Assembly: GCA_025362975.1 (NCBI GenBank)
Contig: JANYES010000018.1
Span: 147,309 to 211,308 of the forward strand
Direction: 5' to 3'
DNA length: 64,000 bases
Source: Alphaproteobacteria bacterium
GTDB taxonomy: Bacteria; Pseudomonadota; Alphaproteobacteria; Rickettsiales; SXRF01
Under the pieces are notes generated by a model. That model saw nothing but the letters and a program-made list of their open reading frames with translations, had not been told where the DNA came from and did not search any database. How positions within the stretch are numbered: the first letter of the stretch is position 1; every line of letters begins with the position of its first letter. Positions 1 to 8,370 of this stretch are shown piece by piece. The translations under genes and the position numbers were made by a program.

Positions 1-1
1 A

Positions 2-376
2 AATAGCTTTGAAAAGCTCTGTTTACTTCTATGGAAACGGCTTGGTTATCATACAGAGTTTAATAGCCGTCGCCCACAGGGAGGCGTTGATATTGTTGCT
101 ATCAAAGGCAATGATGGCGTTGTTATGCAATGCAAAAGCTCATCTCGCCATAATGCACATCTTGGCCGTGAAGCCCTCAGTGATGTCATCATGGATTATA
201 ACGAATTTGCTCAGATGATACCTGACGTCTCGTTTAAGAAAATTGCTATCACTAACCAATATTTCAATGAAGAGGTGAAGCGTCGCGCTATCCTCCACGG
301 GGTGGAGCTTATAGAGAAATTGGAAATACTAGAGTTGTTGGAGAAACATCCAATACGATTGGTTGAACTAATATAG
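2..376 (+). CDS. Mrr-type PD-(D/E)xK restriction endonuclease, C-terminal part (5' end outside window)
   Basis: Frame 2 is open from the window edge. The translation FEKLCLLLWKRLGYHTEFNSRRPQGGVDIVAIKGNDGVVMQCKSSS shows the Mrr catalytic core (GVDIVA ... MQCK). ORF-track entry 125..376 is its tail. Confidence 0.7.
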   Translation, partial: NSFEKLCLLLWKRLGYHTEFNSRRPQGGVDIVAIKGNDGVVMQCKSSSRHNAHLGREALSDVIMDYNEFAQMIPDVSFKKIAITNQYFNEEVKRRAILHGVELIEKLEILELLEKHPIRLVELI

Positions 377-444
377 AAAAATTACCCGAATGTTCTCTCC
401 ATTATACCTAAGTTATAATTAGAGTGAAGTAGCGGGCAGGATAT

Positions 445-464
445 GTAATGTTGGCTAACATTAC
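445..464 (+). terminator. Possible terminator hairpin after the Mrr-like gene
   Basis: Perfect 8-bp stem GTAATGTT/AACATTAC with a GGCT loop, about 70 nt after the stop. It is nested in a longer imperfect stem (433-441 with 499-507). The U tract is weak. Confidence 0.3.
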
Positions 465-612
465 GTCTTATTCGCAAAAGATGCTCAACGATAAGTTGTC
501 CTGCCGCGCAAAAAACTTGTACTCTGCGAGGCATAGGCTTCCGCTAGACGTAAGATAAAAAATGACTAATTATGAAAGTGTCTTTGCGGCAATAACCAAT
601 TAAGGTAGATGC

Positions 613-1395
613 ATGACTAAGTTTTTCGCTCATCGCAGGAATTGGCCCGCCGATTTTCCTGATGTTTTGACCCACTCGGAGGTGGCGACCCGTAATAAGC
701 ATCCGGCTTATATCAGTGCCAAAGCCGGTGATTCTCAGGCTGCACTTATCCTTGTGCGGGATTTATTGAACGATAATGCCATAGAACTGTTGCGACAAAT
801 TATCGGGCAGCGCAACGTGATCCTTGCCGCTGTCACCGCAGTCGAGAAAACAGGTTTTAATGCCATTCCCGACGCTATGGCACATACCATCGGCGGCAAA
901 TTAGGGCTGCCTGTTGATACCGGCGAGCTACGGCAAACCAATGTGGTGGCACATACGCGTGCAACTGGCTGGCATCGGCTCGTTACGCCGCCTTTGTTCG
1001 GCGGCGAAGTTGAGAAAAGCCGCGATTATGTTCTGATTGACGACCATGTGGGGCTTGGCGGAACATTGGCTAATATGCGGGGTTATATAGAAGAAAAAGG
1101 CGGAAAAGTCGTTGCTATGACTACACTTACAGAATCCAGAGATGCCCGAAAAATAGCACTTCACGTAGAAACCCTAAATATGTTAAGATTAAAGCATGGA
1201 AAAGACCTTGAAAAATACTGGCAAGAAATCTTCGGTTATGGCCTCGACTGCCTCACCGAAATTGAAGCGGGTTATATCGCTCGTCAATCATCCTTTGACG
1301 CCATCACAAGATGCCTGGTTGAGGCAACAGAAGAAGCTAGTAGCGGTGGCTTATCAACAATCGCTATCGGGAGTATAAACCCTACCAGTGTGTAG
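613..1395 (+). CDS. Phosphoribosyltransferase-fold protein of unknown function
   Basis: 260-aa ORF. The C-terminal half carries a type I PRTase PRPP-loop-like signature, YVLIDDHVGLGGTLANM. I recognise no motif in the N-terminal ~120 aa. Confidence 0.6.
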   Translation: MTKFFAHRRNWPADFPDVLTHSEVATRNKHPAYISAKAGDSQAALILVRDLLNDNAIELLRQIIGQRNVILAAVTAVEKTGFNAIPDAMAHTIGGKLGLPVDTGELRQTNVVAHTRATGWHRLVTPPLFGGEVEKSRDYVLIDDHVGLGGTLANMRGYIEEKGGKVVAMTTLTESRDARKIALHVETLNMLRLKHGKDLEKYWQEIFGYGLDCLTEIEAGYIARQSSFDAITRCLVEATEEASSGGLSTIAIGSINPTSV

Positions 1396-1473
1396 TGGTT
1401 TCCGCTTGGCAAATGGCGTACTGTCTTTGGGCGTTGGCTTTAGTGATATGCGGTTGGATTCAACACGAATCAC

Positions 1474-1504
1474 GCCCCCGCAACCAACCACCAGAGCCAG
1501 TTTC
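1474..1504 (+). repeat. att-like direct repeat A (tRNA-fMet acceptor 3' arm + CCA + 15-20 nt)
   Basis: GCCCCCGCAACCAACCACCAGAGCCAGTTTC compares with GCCCCCGCAACCAACACCAGAGCCACTTTC at 14267-14296. The left flank (GGATTCAA) looks like a decayed T-arm. Confidence 0.75.
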
Positions 1505-1533
1505 AGGCTTTTCCCTTGAACCCTAAGTTTCTG

Positions 1534-1555
1534 CCGTTGCCGCACCATTGCCGCA
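1534..1555 (+). repeat. Tandem 11-bp repeats CCGTTGCCGCA / CCATTGCCGCA (candidate integrase arm-type sites)
   Basis: Read directly. The same 11-mer family recurs at 14093-14134 and, as CCGTTGCTACC x2, at 14325-14346. Confidence 0.6.
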
Positions 1556-3205
1556 TCATGCAGTCCCTGCACGCCCCGGGTCTTTTACCCAAATTGCTAT
1601 AGAACGCATAAATGCCCATACGTCATTATCGCCGGGCATAATATAATTTGCGTCGGCAGGGTCACTTCCTAGCCTATTAAGCATGGCAATCGTCCATTTT
1701 GTTTTGTCACCGGGAACGTTTAGGTTTTCCAGCCAATTTTCGACTTCACCGTTTCTAACAGCAAAAATGCCGTATTTATCCAATGAATCAAAAAACGTAG
1801 CTGCCCCTGCGAAATCATCACCCCCAAGAAGGTTGATGCCCCCGTCTGTTTTTATATTTCGTCCAGTTGCTTCAAATATTTTGGCAGTAGCTAACCGAGT
1901 AGTACGATAAGAATGATATTGATCTCTCGGAATTTGGGCTGCTTTCATCCATCCTGTCCAGTTTTTACCGAAATCGTTTACGAGATCAATGTCAGCGATT
2001 CCAACGGCAGGGACACCGAATTGCCTTAGAGGGCCAATAATATCTCGAATTGTTTGCTTGTTTTGTGCATTAACAAACAAAAGTGAAGGAGCATCAGGTT
2101 CTTGTTGAACGAGGCGATAATAAATTTCCGAATAAAAGGCACGGTCGTTATCCGACTCACAAACAACAACCCCGTCATGAAAAAGGGCTGAAATTACATT
2201 GGCACTTCTCATTAGCGGACGTCTAAAAAATTCACGAAGTTGGTCAGCATTGACCATTTTCCCTCGTGATCTTCCATTATTGTATTCAAGACGTATAACG
2301 CTTACATCCGCCGCTCCTTGCAAGCAGCCCATTAAAAAATCTGAACTGTGCGTTGATGCCATCAGACATCCACCACGTTCGGAGTTGAGTTTTGCAAGAT
2401 TTCTACCAAGTTTTCGAGCTAAGGGCGGATGCAAGAATGCCTCCGGTTCATCAATTAGAACAGTGTGGAACTTTGCTGATAATATGGCCGTAGTAATACC
2501 CGTAAATGCCTGAACACCATCACTAGCCTCTTTAATATGTAATGCCTGCCCATGATAAGCTCGCGCCGCAACGTTAAGACTTTGTTCGTCATCAAGTGGC
2601 GGCCTTTGCGAAAGTTTAATTCGAAGTTGGCCTAAGTTTGTAGGGTCGATAACATAATATAATCCGAAGGCGTCGAAGATTTGTTCACGTACTTTTTGGC
2701 GTAGAAAATCGTTTTTGAATAGATGGGTTAGCATGTTCGATGAAGCAGATTGTAAATCGCCCCCTGTTTGGTCGTTGGTCAGGTCGAATCGCGTGCGCCC
2801 ATCTAAGCGTATAAGTTCCCAGCGCAGCACTTGAGATACCCACCATGCCTTGTTTTGCCGTGTCCGAACCATCTCAAGCATAGTAGGATAGTGAACGCTA
2901 TGAGATCCCCCATGATAAGGACTCAGCGCACCTAAATTTAGATGTTCAAACTGTATATCGTTTGTTTGAAGTGGAATAAGCGAATCTATAAGGGTCTGCA
3001 CTTCAGTCAATTCTGGCCATTCAATCTCAAAATCTTGCAACACTTTTCCTGTTGTATAAGGGGTATTGGATGAGAATGCAGTTTGCAGTTCTTTTAGCAC
3101 AAGACTTTTCCCAGAATTGTTAGGTCCAACAAAAATTGTGACGCCCGCTGTGGTAATTTCTAGCGGCTCATTCTCGGTAAATCGAAGTGTGATAGATTTT
3201 AACAT
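1556..3205 (-). CDS. ABC-type ATPase fused to a TOPRIM/DUF4435-like domain (OLD-family or single-chain PARIS-like AriA-AriB)
   Basis: Walker A GPNNSGKS, Walker B HTVLIDEPEAFLHP and H-loop ASTHSSDF. The C-terminal region has VVVCESDNDRAFY ... GVPAVGIADIDLV (E ... DxD Toprim-like acidic motifs). Confidence 0.75.
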   Translation of the reverse strand: MLKSITLRFTENEPLEITTAGVTIFVGPNNSGKSLVLKELQTAFSSNTPYTTGKVLQDFEIEWPELTEVQTLIDSLIPLQTNDIQFEHLNLGALSPYHGGSHSVHYPTMLEMVRTRQNKAWWVSQVLRWELIRLDGRTRFDLTNDQTGGDLQSASSNMLTHLFKNDFLRQKVREQIFDAFGLYYVIDPTNLGQLRIKLSQRPPLDDEQSLNVAARAYHGQALHIKEASDGVQAFTGITTAILSAKFHTVLIDEPEAFLHPPLARKLGRNLAKLNSERGGCLMASTHSSDFLMGCLQGAADVSVIRLEYNNGRSRGKMVNADQLREFFRRPLMRSANVISALFHDGVVVCESDNDRAFYSEIYYRLVQQEPDAPSLLFVNAQNKQTIRDIIGPLRQFGVPAVGIADIDLVNDFGKNWTGWMKAAQIPRDQYHSYRTTRLATAKIFEATGRNIKTDGGINLLGGDDFAGAATFFDSLDKYGIFAVRNGEVENWLENLNVPGDKTKWTIAMLNRLGSDPADANYIMPGDNDVWAFMRSIAIWVKDPGRAGTA

Positions 3206-3313
3206 GGCTTTGACAGGATGCGGTTGATGATGACATGAACTGATGCAAACTTATTTTTTGCAACCTACTTTCTGGCTGATGGTTCAGGAAAAAATTCACT
3301 GGTATCCATGAAA

Positions 3314-5629
3314 TTATCCTGCCCGCTGGTCATACAGGTATTGCTGGAAGCCAGTAAATATATCGCGGATTGAGGCTATGCTCCCAAGCCGTTCCGTTGC
3401 ATCACTTACGGCCTGATATTTCAGTTCCAGTAGGCTCGGTAGCTTGGCTTGGTCAAGTTCCTTTTCGCCTTCCTTCACATATTGGGACAGCACGAAGTCC
3501 AAAAACTCGCGTTGCTTATCATCATAGTGGGAAAAAATATGATTTTTATGGGATGCCGCCCGCTCGCCCCGCGTGATGGGGCTTAGGGCAAAGGCGATAT
3601 ATGCCAGCACATCAAACAGGTCGCTTTTTTCTGCATCAACCATGCGCTTAATTTCAGCCAGTTGCTCTGCGCCGAATCCTTTATCTGATAGGCTATCAAG
3701 CAGGGCTTTGCGTGTGTCAGGTTTGCTCCATATCGCCCGCAGCTCATCTTCATCTTTGAACAATTCCGGCAATTGCCCAAAGAGGTTTTGCAGAAATTCT
3801 GCCGCTGAAAGCGGCCTGCCATCGGCTCCCCAGAAGGTCGTTGCCATCATGTGCTGAATTGTGCGCTCCTTCCCATCGGCGAGCTTGATCTTAATTCGCG
3901 CTTGGGGCGCAGGAGGCTCGGTAATAGTTGGCGTGGTAGGATTAGGGTTAGGAACGGGATTGGGTCTTGGGGTGGTCGGCGTCGGTTCTATCGGCTCGCC
4001 ATCCCACTCAGGGTCGTTGAAATGCTCATAGGCTTTCACAAAGTCGTAGATAGTGAAATAATCTTTTCCGTCAAACAAACGGGTTCCGCGCCCGATAATT
4101 TGCTTAAATTCAATCATGGAGTTCACAGGGCGCATCAACACGATATTGCGGACGTTGCGAGCATCCACCCCCGTCGAAAGCTTTTGCGATGTGGTCAGGA
4201 TGGTGGGGATGGTTTTCTCATTATCCTGAAAGGCTCGGAGATTCTGGTCGCCAAGCGCACCGTCCCGCGCCGTTACCCGTTCACAATAATGCGGGTCGGT
4301 GCTGGTCTTCATTTGGTTGATGAGGTCGCGCACGGCGGCGGCGTGGTCTTGCGTGGCGCAAAAAACCAACGTCTTTTCGCGCTGGTCGATAGTATCCATA
4401 AAGATTTTTACGCGGTATTTTTCCCGCTCTTTAATCTCAATAATGCGGTTAAAGTCCGCTTCGGTATATCGCCTGCCTGCTTCCGGCTGCCCTTCAATCA
4501 GTTCATCATCGGAGGTATAAACATAATCATCCATTGTGGTGGCGATTTGCTTCACCTTAAACGGTGTGAGGAATCCGTCATTGATGCCTTCTTTGAGGGA
4601 ATAGATATATACAGGCTCACCAAAATATTTATAGGTGTCCACATTGTCCCGGCGCTTGGGTGTAGCGGTCAGGCCAAGCTGTACGGCGGGCGAGAAATAG
4701 TCTAAAATTTTCCGCCAGTTGCCTTCGTCATTCGCCCCACCCCGGTGGCACTCGTCAATGATTATGAAATCAAAAAAATCCGCCGGGTAATCGGCAAAAT
4801 TGGGTGCGGGGTTGCCCTCGGCATCCGTGCCACTCATGAAGGTTTGGAATATGGTGAAAAAGATGCTGCCGTTTTTAGGAGCGCGTCCCGTCCTTCGGAT
4901 TTCGTCCGGCGCAATCCGCACCAGTGCATCTTCGGGGAATGCGGAAAAGGAATTATAGGCTTGGTCAGCGAGGATATTACGGTCAGCCAGAAACAGGATG
5001 CGCGGACGCCGTTCCGGTTCGCGGCTCAGGTTCCAGCGGCTCTGGTACAGTTTCCATGCCAGTTGGAAGGCGATGAAGGTTTTGCCTGTGCCGGTCGCTA
5101 GTGTCAGCAATATGCGGTTTCTTCCTTCCGCTATGGCTTCCAGCGTTTTGCTGATGGCATTGTCCTGATAATACCGCGCCTGCCATTGTCCACCCTTGTC
5201 TTCAAAGGGGATAGCGGCGAAGCGGTCACGCCATGCGTTTTCTTTGGTAAAGGTCAGGTTCCACAGTTCATCGGGTGATGGGTAGCCAGCGGCATCACCT
5301 TCCTTGCCCGTTTCCATGTCTATGAGATATATGCCATCGCCGTTGGTGGCATAGGCGAAGCGTATATTGAGTTTTTGCGCATATAGCTTGGCCTGTCCAA
5401 CCCCTTCGGTGGCGGGGAGTTCACGCTTTTTGGCTTCAATGACCGCGAGCTTGGTGTTGCGGTAGATCAGCACATAATCGGCAATCAGGGGTTTGCCGCG
5501 CTTGCCTGCGCCTTCTAACCGCCCGAGGGTGATGTGTTCCCTGCGCACGCGGCTGCCTTCCACTATGCCCCAGCCTGCGGCTTTTAGCGCGGGGTCAATT
5601 AGCTCGGCTCTGGTTTCGGCTTCGTTCAT
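3314..5629 (-). CDS. hsdR: Type I restriction enzyme R subunit
   Basis: N-terminal MNEAETRAELIDPALKAAGW (type I R nuclease region), helicase motif I LATGTGKTF and motif II IIIDECHRG. The start is moved to ATG 5629 (the ORF track extends to 5722). Confidence 0.95.
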   Translation of the reverse strand: MNEAETRAELIDPALKAAGWGIVEGSRVRREHITLGRLEGAGKRGKPLIADYVLIYRNTKLAVIEAKKRELPATEGVGQAKLYAQKLNIRFAYATNGDGIYLIDMETGKEGDAAGYPSPDELWNLTFTKENAWRDRFAAIPFEDKGGQWQARYYQDNAISKTLEAIAEGRNRILLTLATGTGKTFIAFQLAWKLYQSRWNLSREPERRPRILFLADRNILADQAYNSFSAFPEDALVRIAPDEIRRTGRAPKNGSIFFTIFQTFMSGTDAEGNPAPNFADYPADFFDFIIIDECHRGGANDEGNWRKILDYFSPAVQLGLTATPKRRDNVDTYKYFGEPVYIYSLKEGINDGFLTPFKVKQIATTMDDYVYTSDDELIEGQPEAGRRYTEADFNRIIEIKEREKYRVKIFMDTIDQREKTLVFCATQDHAAAVRDLINQMKTSTDPHYCERVTARDGALGDQNLRAFQDNEKTIPTILTTSQKLSTGVDARNVRNIVLMRPVNSMIEFKQIIGRGTRLFDGKDYFTIYDFVKAYEHFNDPEWDGEPIEPTPTTPRPNPVPNPNPTTPTITEPPAPQARIKIKLADGKERTIQHMMATTFWGADGRPLSAAEFLQNLFGQLPELFKDEDELRAIWSKPDTRKALLDSLSDKGFGAEQLAEIKRMVDAEKSDLFDVLAYIAFALSPITRGERAASHKNHIFSHYDDKQREFLDFVLSQYVKEGEKELDQAKLPSLLELKYQAVSDATERLGSIASIRDIFTGFQQYLYDQRAG

Positions 5630-5707
5630 AGTGAGACAAACTAGCTGTATAAGTGTTATCTGGCTAGAATATATATAGTTTTGTCCATTTACCCTCAGTC
5701 TGGGGGC

Positions 5708-5790
5708 TTTGCAATAAAGCACTTATTTGATTGAAATATATGTATTTTTTAAAATTATCCACAGTTTTGTGTTTTTGCAATAAAACACTT
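5708..5790 (-). promoter_or_regulatory. Duplicated 17-nt element upstream of hsdR, each copy carrying a TTGCAA -35-like hexamer
   Basis: TTTGCAATAAAGCACTT (5708-5724) and TTTGCAATAAAACACTT (5774-5790), 66 bp apart. On the minus strand each TTGCAA is followed 17 nt later by TAATTT or TAAATG. Confidence 0.35.
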
Positions 5791-5791
5791 T

Positions 5792-7207
5792 TTATGCCCA
5801 ATAAGGCAAATAACGGGCATAGCGGGTGGACATGGTTTCTGAGTCGTCTGCCTTAATAAGACCTATATCTTTGGTCGCGCTTATAACCTGCGAAATAGTG
5901 GACATGGAATCGGGAAGCCCAAACCGTTCACGAAGGGATTGGTTCGACATGCGCTTATTACTAACGTACAGCAAACAGCAATGTTGGTAGCAGGCACGGA
6001 CACGATCATTCTTGCTCATATCCGCAAAGTCTTGGTGTCCAAACATGATGGCGGTCGTCCGCAAGTCGCCCTCCCTGAAATCCGGCGCAGGAAGCTGATA
6101 ATGTTCTGCTGCCTCTACCACCTTATCGACACCACTGCCTTTTTCTTCACAGATACCAAGGCGGCGCATCAAATCAGCTAACCGTTCATTGCGGGAGCGA
6201 TACTCGTCGATGAAACGCTCCACTTTGATAGGCGGTAAGCCGGGATTGGAAATCTCTACCCTGTCATCATACATTTCGATCATGACGGATGCGCCGGACG
6301 TATTGAAATCCTGATGAACCAGCGCATTGGCAATTAACTCGCGCAGTGCCTGCTTGGGAAACATCTTCACGTCTTCGCGCAATGTTTGCTCAACGACATG
6401 ATTGCGCGGGGCGGCGGCATGGACGAAATCTACCAGTCCTTCAAATGCAACGGCATAGCCTCGCGTTCCCATAATGTCGTCGCGGGTTTTTAATTTATTC
6501 GTGCCTTCATAATGTACGAAGCGTGGGGCTTTGCGGGCAAGTGAAGCAGGGAAGGCATCCAGCTTTTTGGCAAGCAGGATGGCGGCAAGATTGGTGATTG
6601 TCCAGCCTGACTCCGAACGGTTTATTAAACCCTCCCCTTCTAACCGTTCCAAAACCGCGTCGCGGTTGGTGGGATAGGGAAGTTTCAGCAGGTCGAAGTA
6701 AGCCTGCGTATCGAGTAGGGCGATGACTTCATCCGGGCTGGCATTGGTTTTTGCTGGCTGGGAAAACCAATCCGGCTGGCCTTCGGCAAAAATGGCGCGA
6801 AGCTTATCCTGCGTCATGGCGATGGTACTTTCACCGGAGCGCATCAAGTACGCCCCTTCAAACGCGATGGCCTGACCTATGCCACGGGAAGGAACTTCAA
6901 ACACCAATACGCGCCCGTCTGGGTGTTGTAATGCCGTTGTCTCAACGCATATGTCGAGCGTCTGAACAATACGCAGTTTAATAGCGTTTAAATCGGCTTG
7001 AGAGGCATAGGCATGTGACCCGACAACCTGTCGTGGTCTGGTATCCGTGACCCCCAGCACAATAAACCCGCCGCCTTCGTTAGCAAGAGCGGCGCAGTAG
7101 CGTAGAAGCTTAGTGGAATCATACTGCTGTTTGGCTTCCTTAAATTCGAGCCGTTCCGTTTCGCTCGGAGCGTCAAGCCAGCGTTGCAGGGTTTCGAGTG
7201 TAATCAT
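5792..7207 (-). CDS. AlbA_2 (divergent AAA / DNA-binding) + HATPase_c_4-like protein embedded in the hsd operon
   Basis: N-terminus SETERLEFKEAKQQYDSTKLLRYCAALANEGGGFIVLGV (AlbA_2 pattern). The C-terminal ATPase-like and wHTH-like region overlaps the hsdS stop by 4 nt. Confidence 0.75.
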   Translation of the reverse strand: MITLETLQRWLDAPSETERLEFKEAKQQYDSTKLLRYCAALANEGGGFIVLGVTDTRPRQVVGSHAYASQADLNAIKLRIVQTLDICVETTALQHPDGRVLVFEVPSRGIGQAIAFEGAYLMRSGESTIAMTQDKLRAIFAEGQPDWFSQPAKTNASPDEVIALLDTQAYFDLLKLPYPTNRDAVLERLEGEGLINRSESGWTITNLAAILLAKKLDAFPASLARKAPRFVHYEGTNKLKTRDDIMGTRGYAVAFEGLVDFVHAAAPRNHVVEQTLREDVKMFPKQALRELIANALVHQDFNTSGASVMIEMYDDRVEISNPGLPPIKVERFIDEYRSRNERLADLMRRLGICEEKGSGVDKVVEAAEHYQLPAPDFREGDLRTTAIMFGHQDFADMSKNDRVRACYQHCCLLYVSNKRMSNQSLRERFGLPDSMSTISQVISATKDIGLIKADDSETMSTRYARYLPYWA

Positions 7208-8370
7208 GCGGCGAGCCTGTCGGTATGCAATTCCCCGGCAAAGGCTTTTTGCAGGATGGATTGTTTGAGTGCCGCGAGCTGTTCTAGCTTTTGCTGGTAG
7301 ATGGCTTCGAGGCGCTTGGTTTCGGTGGCGAGGGTATCGAGTTGAGCGACGATACGTTGCTGTTCGGAGAGTGGCGGTATTGGCACTGGAATAGAATTCA
7401 ACGATTTTTGGTTTAGCTTCGGCTGTGCCATACCGCTTACATAATCATCTAGCTTGATTGAATTAAGATAATACTCAACGAAATGCTGAGTTTCCATTTT
7501 ATCAAACTTCAGTACATGGGCGTGATTATTTACCCAGACTTTACCGCTTACCGAGAAGGCGATGGGATAGGTTCTTGCTAACAAATTCGCTCCATCTTCG
7601 GAAACAAGCAGCAAGTCATCATCGAATATGAACTCGCCAACATAATCGACGATACCTGATGCGCCATAATAAGGGTATTGGCCTTCTGCACGGTCTTTTT
7701 TGGTAATCGGTACGCGCTTACTATCAAGGTTCTCGCATATCGCGCCCAGCTTCTTCTCCACCCACCCGTCGCCTTTGGTGGTGAAGATGGATTGCAGGTG
7801 GCTTTCAAACAGCTCCCGGGCGTTTTGCAGGTTCTTTTTGGCGTTCTCGGTAGCCGTCGCAATCCCCGAAAATGCCTTATCCAACGCCGCTACAATCCGC
7901 TGTTGTTCGAGCAATGGAGGAACTGGGATTGTAACGCCGCGCACTAAATCACTATTAAGATTTCTAACAGTCGAACCTGCAGCTAATCGGTCGAATTGTT
8001 GGTACACGACATCCGAACCAAGCAGGTAATACATATAATCATTGTTTATTTGATTATTCTTCGGGTGCAACACTAACCACCCGTCATGGATGCAGCCTGA
8101 CGTTTTCATGATATAGGGACGACCAAAACTCATAGAGTTGGATAGAATAAAGTCACCCTCATGCACCAAACGCGACATCTTCATGCCTTCCGGCTTTATT
8201 TTTTCCTTGGTCTCATAAATGTATTTCGTACTGGCGGTAGCATCGCTAATTTTTATCCAGTTGATGCCATTTGATTCAGTTGTCATGTAATTCTTAATCG
8301 GTCGAGGGGAACCACCCCTAGCGATTTCGTAGAGTTCTTCTAATTTCTTCACCTGCCAGCCGTTTTTCAT
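7204..8370 (-). CDS. hsdS: Type I R-M specificity subunit
   Basis: Two target-recognition halves, each ending in the conserved helix PPLLEQQRIVAALD or PPLSEQQRIVAQLD. It has 4-nt overlaps with hsdM and the AlbA_2 gene. Confidence 0.9.
   Translation of the reverse strand: MKNGWQVKKLEELYEIARGGSPRPIKNYMTTESNGINWIKISDATASTKYIYETKEKIKPEGMKMSRLVHEGDFILSNSMSFGRPYIMKTSGCIHDGWLVLHPKNNQINNDYMYYLLGSDVVYQQFDRLAAGSTVRNLNSDLVRGVTIPVPPLLEQQRIVAALDKAFSGIATATENAKKNLQNARELFESHLQSIFTTKGDGWVEKKLGAICENLDSKRVPITKKDRAEGQYPYYGASGIVDYVGEFIFDDDLLLVSEDGANLLARTYPIAFSVSGKVWVNNHAHVLKFDKMETQHFVEYYLNSIKLDDYVSGMAQPKLNQKSLNSIPVPIPPLSEQQRIVAQLDTLATETKRLEAIYQQKLEQLAALKQSILQKAFAGELHTDRLAA

Noticed and set aside
432-507. Nested stem-loops upstream of the PRTase-fold gene, considered as a retron msr/msd-like ncRNA because PRTase effectors occur in retrons
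   Set aside because: There is no reverse transcriptase gene in the window and no a1/a2-type long inverted repeats. The inner hairpin is adequately explained as the terminator of the Mrr-like gene.
3851-4705. 284-aa plus-strand ORF, together with several shorter ones at 3370-5678
   Set aside because: It is entirely antisense to the well-supported hsdR gene, has no recognisable motifs, and is typical of a shadow ORF.
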